Shown piece by piece: positions 21,452 to 32,383 of a DNA stretch of 64,000 bases. The notes under the pieces are model-generated. The model saw only the letters and a list, made by a program, of their open reading frames with translations, was not told the DNA's origin and did not search any database. Within the stretch, counting starts at the first letter, position 1. Each line of letters begins with the position of its first letter. Origin of the DNA: an uncultured Acidobacteriaceae bacterium (lineage in GTDB: Bacteria; Acidobacteriota; Terriglobia; Terriglobales; Acidobacteriaceae); NCBI GenBank assembly GCA_963770055.1, contig CAVYOC010000007.1, forward strand, positions 66,598 through 130,597, given 5' to 3'. The position numbers were made by a program, and so were the translations under genes.

Positions 21452-24388
21452 TCAGGTCGTTGGGATGACTAACAATGTGATGGACTGCGCTGGATACGTC
21501 GTGGTGAGGGTGTCTGCAGTCGCGCCTCCACCTGGAGGAGTAAGAGTCTGCACGGGCTGAGCGACAATGCCAGCAGGATTTGCATTGCTGTAAAGAAACA
21601 CCTGCGCTGGTCCGGTCGGCGTAAGGTTTGGCAGCGTGAGAGTACTGGAGAGGGGGCCGTAAGTTTTGTTGATAACGACAATGGTAACGGCGCCGTCCGA
21701 GGTTCGCTGCGCGCCGTAGGCTGCGAGTTGACCCTGGTTCCCGCTTGTCGAGGTCAGTGCCATGTTGCCGAAGCCGGAGTCAGCACCGTCGTAGTTCCGG
21801 TAGATCTCGAATGCAATGGTGCCGGGCACCTGCGAGGAGTAGTTGGTCGTGGGCCAGAGTATTCCCTTGTCCAGCCCATATTTGCCGAAGATTCCCAGAA
21901 TGTCCGCCTCAGCAAGAGCACCGTTGATCGATTCCATTCCGCCGAAGTTGTACTCGTCGATGGATGTCTTTGTTCCTGGATAGTCTTTCGCCACCCATGA
22001 CTGCAACATTGGAATGAGCTGCGGCGCAAGTGCCGGTGGGTTGCAATTCGTCGTGTAAGCGGAATCTGTTGGATAGTTCGGTTGCGTGTAGTTCGGATCG
22101 GTATAAGTCGGATCCCAAAAGACACGCGTTGAATTCAGCCGGACAATCTGCTCTGCCGTATCTCCAACGGCGGTCAGGCCGGTTCCGTTGCCATTGTAAT
22201 TTGCAGCAAAGTACGTATGGATATCCACGTAGTCCAGAAGACGCATGCCATACGTGGTTTGGGCCTGCTGCATCTGCTGCAGATAATACTCAATCAACGG
22301 GATGCCTCCATGCGCTTGCCGGTCGACTGGATTGCCCCACGGCTTGAAGCAAGGTGCGGTACCGTATCCGGCGTTAACATCCTGTGTGGAGTAGAAGTAG
22401 TTATACCAACCGGAGATTACAGGCCCGCTGACCAGCGCGGTTGGATCGGCGGTCTTAATCGCCAGCGCTGTGCCGATTCCTCCGTTCGTAATCTCGTCAT
22501 AGGTCATAGGCGCGGGATGCACATCACGGTGTACTCCTGACCAGTACTCCGGCTCGTTGTCCAGATCCCAGTGCGCGACGCCTTTGCCACCGCCAGCAGT
22601 CGGATTACCGGGGCCAAATTGAGTCACCAGGCTCGTCACCCAGGTACCGACCCACGAAGAACCCACCGGTGTTCCGGCGGCGGGAGGAGCAGGCGGCGGT
22701 TCCGGCATACTGGTAATCGCGGCGATCGTGCTATTCCCCACAAGGTTGGTCCCATTGGCATCAACGCCGTTGCCGCAGACGCCGTTATAGCTTTGCTGGT
22801 TCGGGTAGGTTGCCTTCTGGAAGCTGCAGGCCGAGCTACTGGTGTTGCTGTTGGTAATCCAGCCGATCACGGGCGCGTTTCCGACCACCTCTGCCTTGGC
22901 GGCACTAGCGCTGGTCACCAGGTCTTTGAAGTTGCCGGTAGGCCATTGGCCGCCAGCACCACCGAAGCTCTCAAAGTAGTAATCCGAGGCAGAATTGGAT
23001 GTGTTCGCAACGTAGTTGTAGCGGGAGGTGTTATCTCCTCCCCAGCGAATAATGCCTGGATTGGCGTTCTTAACCGTAGTGGAGTCGAGCACGTAGGCGT
23101 TCATGCCATAGATTTCTGGACTGATTGGGTGAGTAAGACTTCCAACATCGACGGTAAGCGCCGGTCCGCTGGCGGCTGCCGCCGGCGTGAGCGACAGAGT
23201 GATGCTTCCCGACTGCGACGGCGTCGTGGTGCTTGTCGCAGTGATCGTAACGCTCGCTGGTGCGGGGTAGGGTGTCGTGTAGAGGCCAGCAGAGGTGATG
23301 CTGCCAACGCTTGCGGTATAACCAGCTGGGCCGGCGACTGACCACGTGACGGCTGTGCTAAATATCCCCGTGCCCTTTACGGTTGCGGCAAACTGGACCG
23401 TCGTACCTATTACGGCCGATCCGGGGTTGGGAGTGATGCCGACGCTGGTTACGGCATTTCCGGCATAGTTTGCGGTCACGGTGGTGTTGGCGCTCATGCT
23501 TACGGTACAGGTCAGCTGCGAGATTGAAGTGCAACCGCTCCAGCTTGCGAATGCATTCGTGCCTGACGTTGCCGGTGCCGTCAGCGTTACACTGGTGCCG
23601 CTGTTGTAGGTTCGCGTAAAGCTGGTGTTGCCTGAAGCAGCGCCGCTATTGTCGGCAGGGGAGACTCCAATCGCGACTCCGCTGGCTGGACTGGTTGAGT
23701 TGATCGTCAGGGTATATGTGATCGGCGGCGGCGACGTGTAGTTTGCCGTGACGGTCGTGTTAGCACTCATTGTGACGTTGCAGGTGACTCCCGTCGCCGA
23801 GGTACATCCCGTCCAGGACGCAAACGTATTGGTGCCCGACGTGGCTGGTGCCGTCACCGTCACACTTGTGCCGCTGTTGTAGGCTCGCGTGAAGCTGGTG
23901 CTGCCTGAAGACGCGCTGTTGTTGTCGGCAGGGGAGACTCCGATCGCGACTCCGCTGGCTGGGTTTGTCGAGTTGACCGTGAGAGTGTACGAAACCGGAG
24001 ATGCAGTCGTGTAGTTCGCCGTGACGGTCGTGTTCGAACTCATTGTTACAGTGCAGGTGGCTCCCGTCGCCGAAGTGCATCCGGACCAGGACGCGAACGT
24101 ATTGGTACCCGACGTGGCCGGCGCTGTCATAGTCACACTCGTGCCGCTGTTGTAGGTTCGCGAGAAACTTGTAGTGCCAGAGCTGCTCCCGGTGTTATCG
24201 GAAGGAGAGACTATGACCGCGACTCCGCTCGCTGGATTGTTGGAGTTAACGGTAAGAGCATAAGTCGTCGGAGATGATGGCGGATTCGGACTTGATCCGC
24301 CCGAAGAACCGCTGCAACCACTCGTCCACAACGCGAGGCAACTTGTGACGAAACACATTGATCGCCAGAGAAGAGAACCATTTTTCAT
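21452..24388 (-). CDS. Surface lipoprotein with three InlB-B/Flg_new-like repeats, an Ig-like domain and a C-terminal GH44 endoglucanase/xyloglucanase domain
   Basis: Lipobox-like WTSGC. GH44 motifs HPISPEIYGMN, RWGGDNTSRYN, WDLDNEPEYWSGVHRDVHP, RLLDYVDIHTY, YPGTKTSIDEYNFGG, FEIYRNYDG. Confidence 0.85.
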   Translation of the reverse strand: MKNGSLLWRSMCFVTSCLALWTSGCSGSSGGSSPNPPSSPTTYALTVNSNNPASGVAVIVSPSDNTGSSSGTTSFSRTYNSGTSVTMTAPATSGTNTFASWSGCTSATGATCTVTMSSNTTVTANYTTASPVSYTLTVNSTNPASGVAIGVSPADNNSASSGSTSFTRAYNSGTSVTVTAPATSGTNTFASWTGCTSATGVTCNVTMSANTTVTANYTSPPPITYTLTINSTSPASGVAIGVSPADNSGAASGNTSFTRTYNSGTSVTLTAPATSGTNAFASWSGCTSISQLTCTVSMSANTTVTANYAGNAVTSVGITPNPGSAVIGTTVQFAATVKGTGIFSTAVTWSVAGPAGYTASVGSITSAGLYTTPYPAPASVTITATSTTTPSQSGSITLSLTPAAAASGPALTVDVGSLTHPISPEIYGMNAYVLDSTTVKNANPGIIRWGGDNTSRYNYVANTSNSASDYYFESFGGAGGQWPTGNFKDLVTSASAAKAEVVGNAPVIGWITNSNTSSSACSFQKATYPNQQSYNGVCGNGVDANGTNLVGNSTIAAITSMPEPPPAPPAAGTPVGSSWVGTWVTSLVTQFGPGNPTAGGGKGVAHWDLDNEPEYWSGVHRDVHPAPMTYDEITNGGIGTALAIKTADPTALVSGPVISGWYNYFYSTQDVNAGYGTAPCFKPWGNPVDRQAHGGIPLIEYYLQQMQQAQTTYGMRLLDYVDIHTYFAANYNGNGTGLTAVGDTAEQIVRLNSTRVFWDPTYTDPNYTQPNYPTDSAYTTNCNPPALAPQLIPMLQSWVAKDYPGTKTSIDEYNFGGMESINGALAEADILGIFGKYGLDKGILWPTTNYSSQVPGTIAFEIYRNYDGADSGFGNMALTSTSGNQGQLAAYGAQRTSDGAVTIVVINKTYGPLSSTLTLPNLTPTGPAQVFLYSNANPAGIVAQPVQTLTPPGGGATADTLTTTYPAQSITLLVIPTT
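23465..24270 (-). repeat. Three tandem ~270-bp intragenic repeats (~90 aa)
   Basis: Unit Y(A/T)LT(V/I)NS.PASGVA..VSP.DN...SG.TSF.R.YNSGTSVT.TAPATSGTN.FASW.GCTS.....C.V.MS.NTTVTANY occurs three times; boundaries approximate. Confidence 0.85.
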
Positions 24389-24402
24389 TTGATGATCACT
24401 TA

Positions 24403-24416
24403 TGATATCGATATCC
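24403..24416. promoter_or_regulatory. LacI-type operator (locus 2) upstream of the GH44 gene
   Basis: TGATATCGATATCC, 14 bp from the start codon; same family as the 18826 and 36361 sites. Confidence 0.6.
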
Positions 24417-24527
24417 TTAGCCGTTAATCGACTTTTTGACTAGTGGATGAGACGGTTTACTCAATTGCGAAGAAGATACCGGAGAGCGATCCTCTCGCTC
24501 CCCGTCTTAGGGTTAGGCGTTCCATCC

Positions 24528-27500
24528 CTACTGGACGGTCACGCTCATTGTGAAGAGCATCGACATCTGGTTTCCATTGCCGAATACCGAGATAGGAGCT
24601 CCACCTATTACGGGGTTGGGAACAGTTTTGCTGCCAGTCTGCTTGGCAGTCACCGTAATGTTGTATGTTCCCTTCGGAGTTGTCAGGACCGGAGGAGTGC
24701 TGATGTTGGCGGTGCTACAGGAGCACAGGCCGGCGACCGTGCCGCTGAAGAGCAACAGACAGATAACTCGCATGAGGGACGCCCGCAGGGTCTTCTTCTT
24801 CCCGAATGCGAAGCCCAGCAAACCAAGTCCGAACATCGCTGCGAACGCAATTGGGCTCTGCCCGCGGAGTCTTGCGGTGGTTGTTCCCACGGGCACATTG
24901 GTGTTGATGGTCATGACGACCTTGCCAGGTGTAGTTGGGGTGACCGCGACTGAGTTTGCGTCCGACGGATCGGGGTTCGGATAACTGAAACTACACGTGG
25001 CATGCGCAGGCATAGCGTCGCATGTTAATTCCACAGGAAGCGAGTAGTTGTTCAGGTTTCCGTTGGCACCGGTGACTCCGTAGCCCAGCAGAGAGGTCAG
25101 TGTAAGGTTTGCTGTTACGGTGGAGCCTGCAGTAACGTTCAGCGAGCCTGGGTTGGAGCTGATCATCACCGACGGATTGCGGATCGCGATTACCGTGAAG
25201 GGCGTACCCGTTACGGTGGCATAGTTCGGATCGGTGTTGCCGGTGTAAACGGGTGTGATTGTGTAACTGGTAGCGAGATTAGGAATCTGATTGTTGCTGG
25301 TATTGATGTTCAAGCAGTTCGTTGGGAGTGGCGTAGTGCCGTCGGCGTTTACGTTGATGACGGAACCGGTTCCCGTGCATGCAGGACTCCCCCCCGACAC
25401 CTGATAGGTCACGTGTCCGTAGTCCACACCCGTCTGCACTGCACCGTTGAAGACGGGCACACCAAGCAAGGGAGCGCCATTGGCGGTCTTCACTACGAGC
25501 GGGTAGTTGTAGTAGTAGGTCTGTTGGCTTCCATCGTACGGCTCCTGAGAGCCGGTGGCGCTTGATAGAACATAGGTGGGCACAGAGGAGGTTGGGGGCT
25601 GGATGAGCAAGACCGAGCCGGCTGCTACCGTTGCTTTCGTTGAGGCCGTCGAGGTGCCGTATTGGTTGTCTCCCCCGTAACTCACCGCAAAAGTATAGGA
25701 ACCTGCGGAGAGTGCAGTTTCGTTGAAGGTAACTGTGCCGTTCGAAAGCGGCTGGGTGAGCGTGACGGGTTTTGGAAGTCCATTGCCGGTCACAGTTACC
25801 GTAACGTTGCCGGTTGGCACTGGCCCTGTACCGGAGGTTGAAGTGACCTTGACGACCACAGGAGTGTTGGTAACAGTAGGGCTGGTGACCGTGACGACGG
25901 AAGTTGAAGCGGAGAGAGTTGCGCCGACTCCAATGACGGAGATGCCGATCGGGGCGTTGGACGCATCGCCCTGAACAAGCAACTGGCCTGACAGGTTGCC
26001 CTGATCGCCGGGACCGGGACTGAACGTAATGGTTGCAGAACATTCGGGCGCCGATGGCAACCGGCGCACCTACGCAGGAGTTGGACGTCACGCTGAAGTC
26101 CGCTGTGTTCGAAAAGCCGGTGACATTCAGCGGCGCGTTGCCCTCGTCGATGATCGTCGCGGTTCCCGTTGAGGTGGCGGTCCTGCTGGCGAGAGTGCCG
26201 AGGTTGAGAAAACCATTTGCATGAATAAGTTGACATCTTCGGCCTTGGCATCCGTCACATAGGCATTCCCGACGGAGTCGACAGCTACAGACGTCGGCTG
26301 CGTTACACCGGTCGCGAGGACGATCTGATTCGTTGTGCTCAGCGTGCCGTTCAGATTAGGAATGCGGAGCGTTTCGCTGCTCGACGTGACGTAGACAGCC
26401 CCAGAGGGATCGACGGCGAGACCATTGGCCCCGGACAGTGAGTTGAGGACAGTCGTCTGCACGCCCAGGGATGAAACCTCAATCAAATTCTGGCCGTTGG
26501 CTACGAACAGATCGCCACTGCCATCCGCTGCAATAGCCGATAGTTGATTGAATCCGGTGATGTCGATCTCTGTCGTACCTGTGATCAGGCTTCTGAGGTT
26601 CGCGACGCGCTGGTTATCGGGATCTGCAACAAACACATCACCTGCACCGTCAACGGCGAGCCTGAGGTTTGTGCCCAATCCGGTCTTAAGAGTGACTTGA
26701 CCGGCGGCGTTGAGACCGCTCAGGCCATAGGGAACTTCGATGACGCTGCCGCTATCCGCAATGAATACATCGCCTGCGCCATCCACGGCTACTCCGGTTG
26801 GCGCGGTCAAGCCGGTGCCGATGCTTACCGGCGTCGCGGTCGTCCCTGAACCTTTCGCATACTGAAGAACCTTGCCCAGCCCGCTGTCTGCGACGTAGAT
26901 GTTTGCCGAAGCATCGGTTGCGATCTGGCTCGGCGTCTTCAGGCCCGATCCAATGGCGGACTCCGTCGCAGGCGCGATGACTATCGACGAACCCTGTCCG
27001 ACCCCATGGAGAATGGTCGTGGCGAGAACGTTGCCGCTGGCATCCAGCATGGCCAGCGTCGCAGAGACGCCACCGACGGTGTGAGGAATGAAATTGACGT
27101 TGACGGTACAAGAGCTGTTAGCCGCATAGGCGCTCCCTGTGGAACAGGTACCTCCTGAAGCGACGGCAAAGTCGCCTGCCGATCCGGCTTCCTGAATCGC
27201 GAAGCTGTTAGGAGTGACCGAGCCGCTGAACGAGTAGTAGACAGTTGCAGGTGTGACGCTCGTACTCCCAACCGCCGCTGCTCCGAATTCAAGGCGATTG
27301 AGGTAGATCTTCACGACGTCTTTGAAGCCGTTCCAGCTTGAGATCGGGAGGAACAGTATCCCGTGAGCCTGATCGATGCTTGCATTGCCTTGCGCAGTGG
27401 CTGTGGTCAGCAGGATCGCCTGGGCAGGATTGGGAGCCCCGAGAACAAAGGGCACAAGATAGACGCCTGCGCTTCCGTCTGCGACATACACATTTCCAGC

Positions 27501-28280
27501 TCGATCGGTCGCGACGCCCTGCACGTTGCCCAGACCCGGATCGATACGAGCGAGTCCAGCGTCGCTCGTGAGGCCTGTTGTGCCGGCTGGGATGAAGGCT
27601 GCGCCGGTAACTCCGCCCGAATCTTCATTGAACGAAATGTTTCCTGCGTCATCGATCGCGATGGTCTTCGCGCGCTGTTTCATACTCGAAACAATCGCAG
27701 TCGCGGCACCAAAGGTTCCTGAAGCATCTATAGGAACGGTGAAGATCTCAACACCGCAGCCATTTTCGGTGGCAACTGCCATGATTCCGTTGTCGTTGAT
27801 TGCCAACCCTGCGCTTTGAAAGTAATTGCCGCAGGAGCCTCCCAGGTTTCCGCTCAGGCCAGAGGCTACAACGACTGACGGAAGGTCCCAGGCCCCGGTG
27901 GCTGCATCGTAGGGAAACTCGAGGAGGCCGCCGTTGAAGTTGTTATTCAGATAGATATTGTTGTTTCGCGGATCGATCGCGATGCCTGAGTCCGTGAATC
28001 CGCCGGCAATAACGCTGGGTGCTGCCAGAGTGATCTCCGGGCCGCCATTCCCCGGATACTGATACGTTCCACTGGTCTTGAAGTCGAAGATGACAAAGTC
28101 ACCGCGGTTCGAAACAGCATTTTGCCAGGGCGCGCCGTACGTTTCGTTGTGAGGCACCGCTACGGGAGAGCTAGAGACCACCAGCGGTGCCTGTGCGGCG
28201 CACAGACAGACCGAGGAGAGCAAAAGCGTGAGCACATGCCCGGAGAGCCTGCGCAGCGATGTGAAAGACGTCGTGAACAT
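24528..28280 (-). CDS. Large surface protein with NHL-repeat beta-propellers, Ig-like domains and a C-terminal membrane hairpin (frameshifts near 26228 and 26047)
   Basis: NHL repeats (PTGVAVDGAGDVFIADS) and Big_3-like YGGDNQY. ORFs 26127-28406, a short middle frame and 24528-26069 join into a paralog of 28411-32205. AGGAG RBS before ATG 28280. Confidence 0.8.
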
Positions 28281-28410
28281 GTCATTTCTCCCTAGAAATT
28301 TCAAACCCAGCGTACCCGGTAGCTGCAAATGATCTGCTTCCTGTCTCGTGGCTTCCGGAGATTCTTTTTCTGTGCTCCGAAAGCTCTGTTCTTTGTGCGA
28401 TTTCATGCGC

Positions 28411-31400
28411 CTATTTCACCGTGACCGACAATGTGTAGAGCAACGTCTTGACTGAGCCATCATGCGGATCCGTAGCGTAGATTCGAACGTTATAAGTACC
28501 GGCCGGCGTAAGGACGTGAGGCGCCGGAGGCGTCGTGGTGTAACCCGCATTGGTGCATCCGCTGATCGCCATGCTTATCCCTGCAAGCATTAGCACGAGG
28601 CACAGAATGTTGAGTGCTGTGCGATGGAGAGTCGCCCTGCGCCGGAATGCCAACCCGAGGAGACCAAGCCCAAAGATGCCTGCGAAGGCAATCGGAGACG
28701 CCTTGCTCGACGAACTGGCTACATTCACCGGCAGATTGGTACTCAGGGTAAGGGTGGTTGTCCCGCTTCCGCCGGCCGCAATCTGAACCTGCGGAATGTC
28801 AAACGTACACTCCGAGTACTTCGGCACTGTAGTGTTATCGCAGGCAATAGAGACTCCGCCGTAGAGAGAGTTCTGGGCGGCGTAGCCTACCAATGACTGC
28901 AGTGTCAGCTTGGTTTGCACCGGAGTTCCGGCGGTGGTGCTGATGCTGACCGGATCGGAAGTTATAAGAACGCTTGGCGGGATCACCTGGAAGGTAACGA
29001 CAGGAGATGTAACTGAGGAGAAGTTCTGGTCTCCGTTGTAGACCGCCGTCAAGGTGTAGGTACCTGCCGACAGATTCTCCGTGGAGAAGGTAGCGCTTCC
29101 ATTCGCATTCAACGTCACGGGGTTCTGCTTCGAGTCCGCAACCGTCGATCCATTCATGAAGGTGAAGTTTCCGGTTGGATTTCCTTTTGCAGAGGAGACG
29201 TTAGCCTGGAGGGTGGTGTTCGATCCGACCGGCACGTAGTAGACACCCAGGATCGGCGTGATGTTGCTGGGCTGGCTGAGCGTGATCGTCGGCGCTGCCT
29301 GTGCAACCGTCAGATTCGTTGTGACAAGACCACCGCTGAAATTCGTGTCTCCGTGGTAGACGGCCTGGACGGTGTAAGTTCCACCCAGTATTCCGGAAAG
29401 GTTGAAGGTAACAACCCCACCGGAGAGCGTGCCGGCGGGCAACACCGTTGTCTGGTGGAGTTTGGCGTTTTGATTGATCAGGGTAAGAATTACCTGTCCT
29501 GTCGGCACCGTCGTGCTTACCGTCGGTGCAACCTTTACGGTTGCCGTTGTAGCGCCGGGATATGTCGCCGTTGTTGGATTGACAGCGACAGTGACGGCGG
29601 ACCTTTCCAAGTTATTTACTGCGGTGCCCACCAGAGCCGCAGTCACCGAGGGTGCGTTGATTGCATTCGACGTAACTGTCATCGTTCCGCTGCGTGTCGC
29701 TGGTGTCGAACTAGCGGCGGTGAGAACTACATCGACGATGCAGGAGGAGCCGGGAGCAACGGGGGTCGCTCCGGTCGTGTCGCACGCGTTCTGAAGAGCC
29801 GGCGTCACGGAGAACTCGGCCCCGTTGGTACCGGCGAAGGTCGGGTCTGGTGAGATAGACAGAGGCAGGTTTCCAATGTTGAAGACATCGACGTCAACCG
29901 GATTGCTTGGCACGAAGGGACTGACCTGTCCAAGGTTTGCGGATGCGTTGAGGCTCAGGAGCAACAAGTTTGGCTTGCCGCCGCTGAGGTCAGAGACATA
30001 AAGGTTTCCGTAGGAATCGATCGCCAACCCATTAGGAGCGGTCACAACACCACTATCGATCGCAATGGCGCTATTCGCGTTGAGCACTCCACCTGTTGCT
30101 GGAATGCGGATGATGCCTCCGGTCTGAGCGACATCGACCGAACCGGAGGGATCGATTGCAAGTCCGGTCACGGGAGCGGCGAGGCTTTTGGTGATAGCCA
30201 CCGGTGGCCCATCGAATGTCGCGGTGATCTCTGAGAGCGTTGTGCCATCGGCGACGAAGATGTTTCCCGAGTTGTCGACAGCGATTGCGGAGGGCTTACT
30301 GAAACCCGAACCCACCGTAACGATGCCGCTGACCGCGGAGGTCGTCAATGGGTTCGAGATTTTGACCACTTGCGAATGGTCCGGGTCGGTCGCGAATACA
30401 TTGCCCGCCCCGTCCACCGCGAGCCTGAGATTTGTACCCAGCCCTGTTTGAAGTGTTATCTGGCCAGCAGCGTTCAAGGCACCGTTTGCGAAGGGAACCT
30501 CAATCACCTTACCGGAGTCCGCAATGTACACGTCGCCTGAGCCGTCAACCGCTACTCCAGTGGGAGCTGTGAGACCGGTTCCAATCGATACACCAGCCGA
30601 CGACGAAGTAGATCCAGGAGCAAATTGCAATACCTTCCCGAGGGTGGAGTCAGCCACATAGGAGTTGCCGGACGCATCACCAGCAACCTGCTGAGGCGAG
30701 ATGAAACCGCTTCCGAGAACAGTCTGGCTCGTGGGAACCATCAGCGAGACGGCCGGGCCCTTCCCAATTCCGCTCAGATAAGTGAGCGATTGAGTGATGA
30801 TCTTATTGCTCGAATCCAACATCATCACTTGCCCGGAGATCGCTCCCGGAAGACGTGGATTGAGTGATACCCAATAAGGACAGGTGGTAAACGCCGAGTA
30901 TTGTTTCCCGGCAGTGCAGGGCAACTGCGCCGTCGTGGCGCTGGGATCTGCGATGGGGTTTGTCACGGAAGCAGCGAAGTCGGACCCGGTCCCTGGTTGC
31001 GAGAAGACGATATTCCCCGGCGTGACCGCCTGACTGAAGTTGAAGAAGACAGTGCCGGGTGCGCCTGCGGTCCCAACTGTCGACGTGCCCGCATTGGCTG
31101 CTCCCATCTGCCATAGCACCACATTGTTGGTGCCTGGATATGCCAACGATCCTGGGGGCGTCCACCCACTCGTACTGGTTGGAATCCATAGATAGCCACG
31201 AGGATCAATCGCAAGGGGCGCGCCGCTCTGAACAGGTGCGAGGAAGGTGGCCTGATTGAAATTGAAACTGGTCGCATTGACTCCGACCGGGCTGCCGCTC
31301 AGATTGGGCACCATGAGAACGCCGTTGAAGGCGCCCCCGTTCGAATCGGATTGACTGGTGAGGTATATGTTGCCGGCGGCATCGAGGGTTATTCCGCTAA

Positions 31401-32205
31401 ACTGATCGTTGTTGGTCGAGGGGTCGATGCGCGAGATCTGCGCCTCAGCGGATCCGTCGCCGGCTCCAGAGATATTGCTGGTGCCGACAGGGATAAAGAA
31501 GACTCCCGTGACGCGGGACGACGCGCCGACGCCTTCGTCTTCGAGAAAGTAGACATTTCCATTCACATCCGCAGCTATGTGGGCAGCTTTTGCTTTCAGT
31601 CCTTTGATGAGAATGGTGGCTGTACCCGGGTTTCCCTGATTGTCAACCGGTACGGTCCAAATGGAAGGGCTGGTTTCTGTCGAGACGACCAGGGTGCCGC
31701 TACCATCCATAGCGCTGCTGTTTACGAACGCTACGTCAAAGGTATTCAGGGTGACGCTGCCGTTGCCGATTGTGGCTCCGTAGACGTTGGCCGAAGTAAA
31801 ATCCCAGGTTCCGTCGGCAGGATTGTAAGGAATACGAAAGAAGTGAGCGGTGCCATAGCGGTCGGCGAGGTAGATGGTGTCCTTCGCATCCATGGTCATG
31901 CCCGAATTCCAGAAGGTTCCCGAGGCTTCCAGAGGTGCACCGGAGGCAATCGTGGTGAAGGTGCTGGCGCCAGGCCGCAGCTGGTACAGGCCGCTCGTCG
32001 ACCAGTCCAGGAAGACGACGCTGCCATTTTTCGCGACCTGGACCTTCATGATCTGCCCCCATGTGGGGTGTGTCGTCGGGACAGGGGAGCCGGTGGTAAC
32101 CGGCGTCTGCGCAATCGCGAAACCGCATACAAATAACATCCCGACGAAACCCGACAAACCGGTGCGCACAAGTCGGCGGAAGCACATTGCAGACCCGATG
32201 GCCAT
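28411..32205 (-). CDS. Large surface protein with NHL-repeat beta-propellers, Ig-like (Big_3) domains and a C-terminal membrane hairpin
   Basis: Signal peptide, PTGVAVDGSGDVYIADS repeats, AVYHGDTNF and AVYNGDQNF Ig motifs; GGAGGG RBS before ATG 32205. Confidence 0.85.
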   Translation of the reverse strand: MAIGSAMCFRRLVRTGLSGFVGMLFVCGFAIAQTPVTTGSPVPTTHPTWGQIMKVQVAKNGSVVFLDWSTSGLYQLRPGASTFTTIASGAPLEASGTFWNSGMTMDAKDTIYLADRYGTAHFFRIPYNPADGTWDFTSANVYGATIGNGSVTLNTFDVAFVNSSAMDGSGTLVVSTETSPSIWTVPVDNQGNPGTATILIKGLKAKAAHIAADVNGNVYFLEDEGVGASSRVTGVFFIPVGTSNISGAGDGSAEAQISRIDPSTNNDQFSGITLDAAGNIYLTSQSDSNGGAFNGVLMVPNLSGSPVGVNATSFNFNQATFLAPVQSGAPLAIDPRGYLWIPTSTSGWTPPGSLAYPGTNNVVLWQMGAANAGTSTVGTAGAPGTVFFNFSQAVTPGNIVFSQPGTGSDFAASVTNPIADPSATTAQLPCTAGKQYSAFTTCPYWVSLNPRLPGAISGQVMMLDSSNKIITQSLTYLSGIGKGPAVSLMVPTSQTVLGSGFISPQQVAGDASGNSYVADSTLGKVLQFAPGSTSSSAGVSIGTGLTAPTGVAVDGSGDVYIADSGKVIEVPFANGALNAAGQITLQTGLGTNLRLAVDGAGNVFATDPDHSQVVKISNPLTTSAVSGIVTVGSGFSKPSAIAVDNSGNIFVADGTTLSEITATFDGPPVAITKSLAAPVTGLAIDPSGSVDVAQTGGIIRIPATGGVLNANSAIAIDSGVVTAPNGLAIDSYGNLYVSDLSGGKPNLLLLSLNASANLGQVSPFVPSNPVDVDVFNIGNLPLSISPDPTFAGTNGAEFSVTPALQNACDTTGATPVAPGSSCIVDVVLTAASSTPATRSGTMTVTSNAINAPSVTAALVGTAVNNLERSAVTVAVNPTTATYPGATTATVKVAPTVSTTVPTGQVILTLINQNAKLHQTTVLPAGTLSGGVVTFNLSGILGGTYTVQAVYHGDTNFSGGLVTTNLTVAQAAPTITLSQPSNITPILGVYYVPVGSNTTLQANVSSAKGNPTGNFTFMNGSTVADSKQNPVTLNANGSATFSTENLSAGTYTLTAVYNGDQNFSSVTSPVVTFQVIPPSVLITSDPVSISTTAGTPVQTKLTLQSLVGYAAQNSLYGGVSIACDNTTVPKYSECTFDIPQVQIAAGGSGTTTLTLSTNLPVNVASSSSKASPIAFAGIFGLGLLGLAFRRRATLHRTALNILCLVLMLAGISMAISGCTNAGYTTTPPAPHVLTPAGTYNVRIYATDPHDGSVKTLLYTLSVTVK

Positions 32206-32383
32206 AAGAACCCTCCAAAAACAATCTCGATCTAAAACCGTTGTGAGTGGCGTCTCAGCCGGCTCGCAACTGGCTGCCTGAGAGCTGCAGCCCAATCCCT
32301 TTCTGCACAACAACTAACTTCCTGCTTCGTACAACACTCCGATGGCCGCCAATTCGCGTGAGAAGGCTGTCGGAGGACCTGTT

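Noticed and set aside
23465-24270. 270-bp tandem repeats as a mobile or CRISPR-like array
   Set aside because: They are in-frame protein domain repeats of the GH44 lipoprotein.
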